NCBI RefSeq assembly: GCF_000091665.1
Contig: NC_000909.1
Location: 533,581 to 565,580, forward strand
DNA length: 32,000 nt
Reading direction: 5' to 3'
From: Methanocaldococcus jannaschii DSM 2661
Lineage (GTDB): Archaea > AGJL01 > Methanococci > Methanococcales > Methanocaldococcaceae
Each line of letters starts with the position of its first letter. The stretch's first letter is position 1. The notes below the pieces were generated by a model. The model made no database searches. It was not told where the DNA came from and saw nothing but the letters and a program-made list of their open reading frames with translations. A program made the translations under genes and the position numbers. Shown here in pieces: positions 24,711 through 32,000 of the stretch.

Positions 24711-25802
24711 ATGAAATTCTTCAACAGAGAGAAAGAAATAGAGGAAATCCTGCATATTATTGAGTCAGAACCTCAAAGAATAAATTTTATCTTTGGCTCT
24801 ATAAATTCTGGAAAAACTGCTTTAATAAATGAGATTATTAATAATAGATTAAATAAGGATAAGTATGTTGTGTTTTATTTTGATTTGAGGGAAATATTTA
24901 TATCTAAGTATGATGACTTCATTGAAGTTTTGTTTGAGGAGTATGAAGAACCATTTATTGATAAAGTTAAGAGGTTATTTTTATCCCTAATTAAAGATTA
25001 TCCAGATGTTATTAAGAGTTATGCTTTGTTAAACATTACAGGAGTTGTTGATAGCATTCCAATACCAAAAAATACCCTAAATGAATTGTTAAAAAAGAGG
25101 AATGTTAAAAATGTCTTTAGATATATAACTTCTGTATTAATCAAGATTAAAAGAGAAGGAAAACAACCAATAATTATTATAGATGAACTACAAAAAATAG
25201 GGGACTTAAAACTAAATGGATTTTTAATTTATGAGCTTTTTAATTACTTTGTCTCTCTAACTAAGCATAAGCATCTATGTCATGTTTTTTGTTTAAGCTC
25301 CGATAGCTTATTTATTGAGAGGGTTTATAATGAGGCAATGTTAGAAGGAAGATGCAAATATATTTTAGTTGATGATTTTGATAGGGAAACTGCTTTAAAG
25401 TTTATGGATTTTTTAGCAAAGGAGAATAATATTAACCTAACTAATGAAGATAAAGAGTTAATCTATAATTATGTAGGGGGAAAACCAATAGATATAATCT
25501 ACGTTATTAATGAGATGAAATATAAGAAATTAGAAGATATCTTAACCTCAATGCTTAAAGAAGAAACCCAAAAACTAAAATACTTCTTAGAGAATGTTAA
25601 AGAAGAAGATGAAGAACTTTATAAAAAAGTTGTTGATGCATTAAAAATATTTAAAGATAGTTACGAAATTGAAGATATAAAAATACCTAAAAAACTTAGA
25701 GAATTTTTAGTTAAGAAAAACATCTTATTCTTAAATCCAATCGAAGGAACTTTAAAACCGCAGAGTTTTTTAGTGTGGAACGCTATAAAAAGAATATTGT
25801 AG
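24711..25802 (+). CDS. archaeal ATPase family (PF01637-like) P-loop protein, paralog of 20025-21035
   Basis: [10 protein letters not shown]. Walker A GSINSGKT and Walker B IIIIDELQ. Shared block [28 protein letters not shown] versus LFNLFVSLTKMEHLCHVICLTSDTLFIE. Confidence 0.8.
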   Translation: MKFFNREKEIEEILHIIESEPQRINFIFGSINSGKTALINEIINNRLNKDKYVVFYFDLREIFISKYDDFIEVLFEEYEEPFIDKVKRLFLSLIKDYPDVIKSYALLNITGVVDSIPIPKNTLNELLKKRNVKNVFRYITSVLIKIKREGKQPIIIIDELQKIGDLKLNGFLIYELFNYFVSLTKHKHLCHVFCLSSDSLFIERVYNEAMLEGRCKYILVDDFDRETALKFMDFLAKENNINLTNEDKELIYNYVGGKPIDIIYVINEMKYKKLEDILTSMLKEETQKLKYFLENVKEEDEELYKKVVDALKIFKDSYEIEDIKIPKKLREFLVKKNILFLNPIEGTLKPQSFLVWNAIKRIL

Positions 25803-25939
25803 AACTTTGTAGTTATAGTCCTTTGCAAAAGGGTTAAATTAATAAATGGAGTTTTAAACGCCTTATTAATATACCTTAATTATTTTAATAATGTAATGTT
25901 TTGTAAAAACTAAGTATTGAACATTAAAAATGAAAGGAT

Positions 25940-28768
25940 GTGATGGTTATGATTGACTTTAAAGAGATTGAAAAGAAGTGGCAAAAAAGATGGGAAGAGG
26001 CAAAGATATTTGAAGCAAATCCAGATGATAGAGAGAAATTTTTTATAACTGCGGCATTTCCATATTTAAATGGAGTTTTGCATGCTGGACATTTAAGAAC
26101 TTTCACTATCCCAGAGGTTGTTGCAAGATTCCAAAGAATGAAAAATAAAAACGTTTTATGGACTTTTGGTTATCATGTTACAGGAACACCAATCTTAGGT
26201 TTAGCTGAATTAATAAAAAATAGAGATGAAAAGACAATTTGGGCATATACTGAATTACATGGAATACCAAAAGAAGAGTTATTAGAACTAACAACACCAG
26301 AGAAAATTGTTGAATATTTCTCAAAGAAAGCTGAAGAAGCATTTAAAAGAATGGGATTTAGCTTAGATTGGAGAAGGAACTTTAAAACGGATGATAAAGT
26401 TTTTAACAAATTTATAGAATGGCAGTTCCACAAATTAAAAGAGAAAGGGTTAATTGTTAAAGGTTCTCACCCAGTTAGATACTGTCCAAGATGCGACAAC
26501 CCTGTAGAAGACCACGACATATTAGTTGGAGAAAACGCAACTTTAGTTGAATACATCTTAATAAAATTCACAACAGAAGATGGCTGTATAATGCCAATGG
26601 CTACTTTAAGGCCAGAAACTGTCTTTGGAGTTACAAACGTTTGGGTTAATCCTGAAGCAACTTATGTAAAGGCAAAGGTCTATTTAGAGAAAGAAACTGA
26701 AAATGGGATTGAATTAATTGAGAATGGCATATGGATAATGGCAAAGGAGTGTGCTGAAAAATTAAAACACCAAGATAGAAAGATAGAGATTATTGAAGAA
26801 TTTAAAGGAGAACAGCTTATAAATAAAAAAGTAAAAAACCCGGTGACAGGAAAAGAAGTTCCAATATTGCCAGCTAAGTTTGTAAAAACAAATATTGGAA
26901 CTGGATGTGTCATGTCAGTTCCAGCACATGCACCTTACGACTACATAGCGTTAAGGGATTTAGGATTAGTTGATGAAATTGGTTTAATTCCATTAATTAA
27001 CGTCCCTGGTTATGGAAAATATCCTGCAAAGGAAATTGTTGAAAAGATGGGTATTAAAAGTCAGGAAGAAGAGGATAAGTTAGAGGAAGCAACTAAAAAA
27101 ATCTATAAAGATGAATTCCACAAGGGAGTTTTAAATGAAAACTGCTTAGATTATGAAGGAATTCCAGTTAGAGAGATTAAAGACAAATTAACAAAGGATT
27201 TAATTGATAAAGGTTTGGCAGAAATTATGTATGAATTTAGTGAAGAAAAGGTTATCTGTAGATGTGGAACCCCATGTATAGTTAAGATGGTTAAAGGACA
27301 ATGGTTCATCAAATATTCAGATGAGAAGTGGAAAGAATTAGCTCACAAATGTATAGATAAGATGAGATTCATCCCAGAGAATTTAAGGCAGGTATTCCAT
27401 GAGAAGATTGATTGGATGAAGGACAAGGCATGTGTTAGAAGAAGAGGTTTAGGAACAAAGTTCCCATTTGAAGAGGGATGGGTTATTGAATCTCTATCTG
27501 ATTCAACAATTTATCCAGCATACTACACAGTAGCAAAATATATCAATCAGCATAATATAAAGCCAGAGCAATTGACTTTAGAGTTATTTGATTATGTGTT
27601 CTTAGGAAAAGGGGATGTTGATAAAATTGCTAAAGAGACAGGAATTCCAAAGGATATTATTGAAGGTATGAGAAAAGAATTTATCTACTACTATCCAGTT
27701 GATTGGAGATGTTCAGCTAAGGATTTGATTCCAAACCATTTAACATTCTATATCTTTAACCACGTTGCAATATTCCCAGAAGAGTTTTGGCCAAGAGGGA
27801 TAGTAGTTAATGGTTATGTTACAATTGAAGGGAAAAAGTTATCTAAGTCAAAAGGTCCTGTATTGCCAGTTTTAGAAGTTGCTGAGAAATTTGGAGCTGA
27901 CGTTGGTAGATTCTATATAACAACCTGTGCTGAACTACCACAAGATGCCGATATCAAGTTTAAAGAAATGGAAAATACCAAAAAAGTTTTAGAGAGGTTG
28001 TATTTATTTGCAAAAGAGATTGCTGAGAGAAGAGGAGAAACAGGAGAAGAATTCAGCTATATTGATAAATGGTTATTGAGTAGATTGTATAAAGCCGTTA
28101 AACAGTATGATGAATATATGGAAAACTTTGAGCTAAGAAAAGCTGGAATTTTGCTCTATCAGTTGTTGGATGACTTAAAATGGTATAGAAGAAGAGGAGG
28201 AAATAATATAAGAGTTTTAGAGGAGTTTTTAGAGGTTATAATAAAGCTGATGATGCCATTTACACCACATTTATGTGAAGAGATGTGGGAGATTTTAGGA
28301 AAAGAGGGCTTTGTTTCATTAGCAAAATTCCCAGAGGTTAAAGAGGAGTTTATAAATGATGAGATTGAGAAGGGAGAGGAGTATTTAAAAGCAGTTATGG
28401 AGGATATCAAAGAGATTATAAACGTTGCTAAGGTTCAGCCAAAGAGAATCTACTTATATACTGCAGATGATTGGAAATACGAGATATTGAAGATTATTAA
28501 AGAAAATGAAGGGAAGACTATTAAAGAATTAATGCCAATCATTATGAAAAATCCAGAATTTAGAAAGTATGGTAAGGAAATTCCAAAGTTAGTTAATCAA
28601 TTAATAAAACTTAATGCAGAGATTATTAATGAGGTTGAGGTTTTAGAAAATGCCAAAGAGTTCTTAAAGAAAGAGGTTGGTGTTGAGGATATTATAATTA
28701 ATGGAGAAGATAAGGCTAATAAAAAGAGAGTAGCCATTCCATTTAAACCAGCTATTTATCTTGAATAA
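25940..28768 (+). CDS. leuS: leucyl-tRNA synthetase
   Basis: Class I HIGH motif (LHAGH) and KMSKS (KLSKSKG), with the archaeal-type editing domain. The start is ambiguous among GTG 25940, ATG 25943 and ATG 25949. Confidence 0.95.
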   Translation: MMVMIDFKEIEKKWQKRWEEAKIFEANPDDREKFFITAAFPYLNGVLHAGHLRTFTIPEVVARFQRMKNKNVLWTFGYHVTGTPILGLAELIKNRDEKTIWAYTELHGIPKEELLELTTPEKIVEYFSKKAEEAFKRMGFSLDWRRNFKTDDKVFNKFIEWQFHKLKEKGLIVKGSHPVRYCPRCDNPVEDHDILVGENATLVEYILIKFTTEDGCIMPMATLRPETVFGVTNVWVNPEATYVKAKVYLEKETENGIELIENGIWIMAKECAEKLKHQDRKIEIIEEFKGEQLINKKVKNPVTGKEVPILPAKFVKTNIGTGCVMSVPAHAPYDYIALRDLGLVDEIGLIPLINVPGYGKYPAKEIVEKMGIKSQEEEDKLEEATKKIYKDEFHKGVLNENCLDYEGIPVREIKDKLTKDLIDKGLAEIMYEFSEEKVICRCGTPCIVKMVKGQWFIKYSDEKWKELAHKCIDKMRFIPENLRQVFHEKIDWMKDKACVRRRGLGTKFPFEEGWVIESLSDSTIYPAYYTVAKYINQHNIKPEQLTLELFDYVFLGKGDVDKIAKETGIPKDIIEGMRKEFIYYYPVDWRCSAKDLIPNHLTFYIFNHVAIFPEEFWPRGIVVNGYVTIEGKKLSKSKGPVLPVLEVAEKFGADVGRFYITTCAELPQDADIKFKEMENTKKVLERLYLFAKEIAERRGETGEEFSYIDKWLLSRLYKAVKQYDEYMENFELRKAGILLYQLLDDLKWYRRRGGNNIRVLEEFLEVIIKLMMPFTPHLCEEMWEILGKEGFVSLAKFPEVKEEFINDEIEKGEEYLKAVMEDIKEIINVAKVQPKRIYLYTADDWKYEILKIIKENEGKTIKELMPIIMKNPEFRKYGKEIPKLVNQLIKLNAEIINEVEVLENAKEFLKKEVGVEDIIINGEDKANKKRVAIPFKPAIYLE

Positions 28769-29124
28769 AAATATTTATTCTTTATAATAAATATTTAGCT
28801 TTTACTTTTGAAATATTTTGTTTTCTTTTCTTAATCGTATATTTCTCATAAAATCTTTATCTAATACAACATAAAAATAAGAAATGGTCTTATTAACAAT
28901 CTCAAATAATAAAAAAATTTTTATATGATTATCAACATTATTGATATGAGAAAATGCTAATTTTTAAAAGCTCTAAGTTTTTAGCTAAAGGAATTTTTCC
29001 TATTTTTATTTAAAGATTTGATGTAATTTTCGATGAAATTCTAACAAAAAAAGTTTATGAAGATGTTTGGAGGTCGTTAATAGAATATCAAATTATTTAA
29101 ATTAAATGGTGTAGAGGTGATATT

Positions 29125-30987
29125 ATGACAATAAAATCCATGACTGAGTATGAAACCATTAGTTATAAAACATTTTTGGACATATTTTCTCCACTTCCAG
29201 AGATTGGAGAAATTTTGGAAGAGAGTGAGAGTGTAGAAGAAGCGAGAGAGAAATTATTTGAATTTTGTAAAGAATTAGAGTGGGAAATTAGAATGGGAAG
29301 AATAAAGTTTGATAATGAAGTTGATAGATGGTTGGCTTTAAAGGCAATTGAAGTATTTTTAAACATAATATCCAAAGATAATGAGAGATTGGCAGGTTTC
29401 AGCACATTAGAATATTTATGGAAAGCATATAAGGGAGATGAAGAGGCTTTAAAAGAAATTAGGGAGGGGTTTATTGAAGAATTTAGACATTTATTCTTAG
29501 CAATGTCTGGAAAGGCAGATTATTCATTAGGGTTTTTAGGGAAGAGATTATTAGAAGAAGGAGTTAAATTTATTGATTTCAGCAAAATAAAAGGTAGAGA
29601 GGCAGGGATAGCGAGGTCTAATTTCTTAGACAAGGTTTATGAAATTATGAGGGAGTATATAAGCAGATATCCAAGTGGGTTAGATAAGAGAATTATCTTA
29701 AAGAGAAAAAAGAATAGAGAGATTTTAGAGGAATTTTTTGGAATAACTGACGAAGAGTGGTTTAATTACAAATGGCAATTTAAGAATGTATTGAGAGGTT
29801 TAAAAGGCGTTAAGATATTGAGAGAGTTAAGAGAGGTGACAAACTTTAAAATATCAGATGAAGATTTAGAGATTATTGAAAAAGCTGTAAAGAATGGCAT
29901 ACCATTTGGATTAACCCCTTATTATCTCCACTTATTTGACTTTGAAAACCCTTACGTTGAGGATTTGGCAGTTAGAAGGCAGGTTATTCCACCAGAGTGG
30001 TATGTTGAAAAGATGATTGAGCATAAAGAAGATAGGAACATAGCATTTGACTTCATGGGAGAGCATGACACTTCTCCAATAGATTTAGTAACAAGGAGAT
30101 ATGTAACTATAGCAATCATTAAGCCTTATGAATCCTGCCCACAGATTTGTGTCTATTGTCAAAGAAACTGGATGGTGCAAGATTTTGATGCTAAGGCGTT
30201 CCCAGGATGGGAGAAGGTTGAGAAAGCTTTAGATTGGTTTGCTGAACACGATTCAATGATTGAAATCTTAATTACAGGAGGAGACCCATTCAGCTTAAGC
30301 GATAAAGCTATCGAAAAAATGCTAAATAGAATAGCTGAGATGAACCACGTTGTAGGAGTTAGATTTGGAACAAGAACAATAGTAACTGCCCCAATGAGAA
30401 TAACGGATGAATTAGCTGAGTTATTAGGAAGTTTTGAAAAGAGTTTGATGATTTCAACACATGTAGAGAGTTGTTATGAGATAACTCCAGAAGTTGCTGA
30501 GGCTGTTAAAAAGTTGAGAACAAATAATATCTACATCTATAATCAACATGTATTCCACAGATATGTAAGTAGGAGATTTGAAAACGTAGCTTTAAGAATT
30601 GCTTTAAAGAAGGTTGGAATTATTCCTTACTATACTTTTTATCCAAAAGGGAAGATGGAACATAAAGATTACTTGGTTCCAATAGCAAGATTAGCTCAGG
30701 AAGTTAAAGAGGAAGCAAGATTGCTTCCAGGTTCATTTAGAACAGATGAGCCAATATTCAACGTCCCAAGAATGGGGAAAAATCACTTGAGAGCATGGCA
30801 GGATAGAGAGTTAATAGCTATAAAGCCAAATGGAAGTAGGGTTTATTTAATGCATCCATGGGAGAAGGGGATATATCCAACTAAACTCTACACATATGAA
30901 GATGTTCCAATTAAGGAATACTTAGACAGTTTAAAAGAGATTGGAGAAAACATTGAGGAGTATAAAACAATATGGTATTATTATTAA
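29125..30987 (+). CDS. KamA-family (lysine 2,3-aminomutase-like) radical SAM protein with a roughly 300-aa N-terminal extension
   Basis: CPQICVYCQR cluster motif and ITGGDPF, with a KamA-like core from about residue 300. GAGGTGA upstream of the ATG. Confidence 0.8.
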   Translation: MTIKSMTEYETISYKTFLDIFSPLPEIGEILEESESVEEAREKLFEFCKELEWEIRMGRIKFDNEVDRWLALKAIEVFLNIISKDNERLAGFSTLEYLWKAYKGDEEALKEIREGFIEEFRHLFLAMSGKADYSLGFLGKRLLEEGVKFIDFSKIKGREAGIARSNFLDKVYEIMREYISRYPSGLDKRIILKRKKNREILEEFFGITDEEWFNYKWQFKNVLRGLKGVKILRELREVTNFKISDEDLEIIEKAVKNGIPFGLTPYYLHLFDFENPYVEDLAVRRQVIPPEWYVEKMIEHKEDRNIAFDFMGEHDTSPIDLVTRRYVTIAIIKPYESCPQICVYCQRNWMVQDFDAKAFPGWEKVEKALDWFAEHDSMIEILITGGDPFSLSDKAIEKMLNRIAEMNHVVGVRFGTRTIVTAPMRITDELAELLGSFEKSLMISTHVESCYEITPEVAEAVKKLRTNNIYIYNQHVFHRYVSRRFENVALRIALKKVGIIPYYTFYPKGKMEHKDYLVPIARLAQEVKEEARLLPGSFRTDEPIFNVPRMGKNHLRAWQDRELIAIKPNGSRVYLMHPWEKGIYPTKLYTYEDVPIKEYLDSLKEIGENIEEYKTIWYYY

Positions 30988-31215
30988 ACTTTCTACTTTT
31001 TTTATTCTAATTTATTTTATCTAATTTTTATCAATTGCGCACTCTTTTTTATTTATATTATTGTATTTATATAGTTAAATAAATTTATAGACGAAAAGTT
31101 TATATATTAGAATCGCAAATTTGTGGGGCTTCACAAATGGAGGTGATAATATGAAGAGATAGAAAAAAGCAGTGGGTTATAACTAATGATAACCTGTTAG
31201 GGGGAGGTGAAATTT

Positions 31216-32000
31216 ATGAGAATAGTAAGAATATTGGCTATTTTATTAGCCCTAATTATAGGAACTTCATTGTGTGGATGTTTAAATGACAGTAAAAGTG
31301 AGGCGGATGAATTAATCAAAATGTTACCAGTTGATTATAATGGCTTTGTATATGTGAATTTTAAAAATATTGAAGATAGCAAATATTCATCAGAGTACCG
31401 TTCAAAAATTTTGAATGCTTTAAGATTGGGAAATGCAAACGGTGAAAAGACAGGGATATATATCAACAAAACTAAAAGGATGATTTTTTCAGGCAGTGGT
31501 TATGATAGGTTCGTTATTATTATTGAAGGAGATTATGACTTTGATAAGTTTAAAAATCATCTCAAAGAAATTGGGGTAAATCCAGTAGAAGAGTATGGAG
31601 GATTTAAGATATATACAAAACCTAACGATGATAAAATTGCATTAACATTTTATAAGGATATGATAATTGCAGGGACTAAGCAGGGAGTTTATGACTGCAT
31701 AAATGTAATTAATGGAGAGATGGATTCTTTATTGAAAAATAGAGAAGTTATGGAAATATATGATAGACTTCCATCAGATGCTTGTGTTTATGAAGTTAGT
31801 GGCACTTACAGCCCATGGTATAAAACAGTGGCAGAAGGAATGTCAATATCATTTGAAAATAACGACAGAGTTAAAGTTGTTAGAGTTGAAAAATACAAGG
31901 ATGAAGAGACTGCAAAAGAAAAATATGAAGAGTTATTAAAGAAAAAAGATAGAGATAAAGAAGAAATGGAGAAAAAAGGAATTACTGCAGATATAAAATT
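31216..32000 (+). CDS. putative secreted lipoprotein (5' part; the frame continues past the right edge)
   Basis: GGAGGTGA lies 5 nt upstream of ATG 31216. The frame is open to the window end (261 codons). Signal peptide MRIVRILAILLALIIGTSLCGC has a lipobox-like cysteine. It is absent from the ORF track because no stop falls in the window. Confidence 0.7.
   Translation, partial: MRIVRILAILLALIIGTSLCGCLNDSKSEADELIKMLPVDYNGFVYVNFKNIEDSKYSSEYRSKILNALRLGNANGEKTGIYINKTKRMIFSGSGYDRFVIIIEGDYDFDKFKNHLKEIGVNPVEEYGGFKIYTKPNDDKIALTFYKDMIIAGTKQGVYDCINVINGEMDSLLKNREVMEIYDRLPSDACVYEVSGTYSPWYKTVAEGMSISFENNDRVKVVRVEKYKDEETAKEKYEELLKKKDRDKEEMEKKGITADIK

Noticed and set aside
25924-28410. Minus-strand ORFs 25924-26106, 26173-26433, 26680-26913 and 28159-28410
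   Set aside because: All are antisense to leuS.
28769-28796. AT-only palindrome AAATATTTAT-TCTTTATA-ATAAATATTT just after the leuS stop
   Set aside because: It is probably only a weak terminator-region feature. An AT-only stem is expected by chance at this composition.
28940-29070. Possible C/D box sRNA (GATATGA, TGATGT and CGATGA motifs) in the leuS/KamA intergenic region
   Set aside because: No CUGA D or D' boxes at the right spacing, no terminal stem, and the region is not GC-enriched.
29163-29405. Minus-strand 80-aa ORF
   Set aside because: It is antisense to the KamA-like gene and is a Ser/Leu-rich shadow frame.

Overview
AT-rich (about 30% GC) archaeal chromosome segment. Gene content and order match my recollection of the Methanocaldococcus jannaschii MJ0602-MJ0635 region; this is recollection, not a search. 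Genes are tightly packed and mostly housekeeping: hemL, family II pyrophosphatase, ApcT-type transporter, SepSecS, rhomboid, S2P protease, tyrA, nth-like glycosylase, atpD, purE, fumarase beta, a methanopterin radical SAM methylase, mptN, ftsZ, purO, a PiT phosphate transporter with a PhoU-like partner, a hydrogenase maturation protease, leuS and a KamA-like radical SAM protein. Two GC-rich islands stand out against the AT-rich background. One is the SRP 7S RNA at 18957-19280, which the ORF track covers with spurious ORFs. The other is a two-hairpin candidate H/ACA-like sRNA at about 4014-4166. The most unusual signal occurs at two places, the 3' ends of the nth-like gene and of atpD. In each, an array of modular hairpin repeats sits between the functional 3' end of the gene and a second, orphan copy of its last codons. 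The orphan copies cover 10 and 24 codons plus the stop. They differ from the functional copies only by synonymous changes (5 of 33 nt and 13 of 75 nt). This looks like the footprint of an element or recombination process that targets gene 3' ends and rebuilds them. The hairpin units show compensatory base changes between copies. Other accessory features are a canonical HEPN/MNT pair, a second HEPN-like two-gene module, and two paralogous archaeal-family ATPases bracketing a 3.7 kb block. No CRISPR array, tRNA, rRNA or transposase gene was found.
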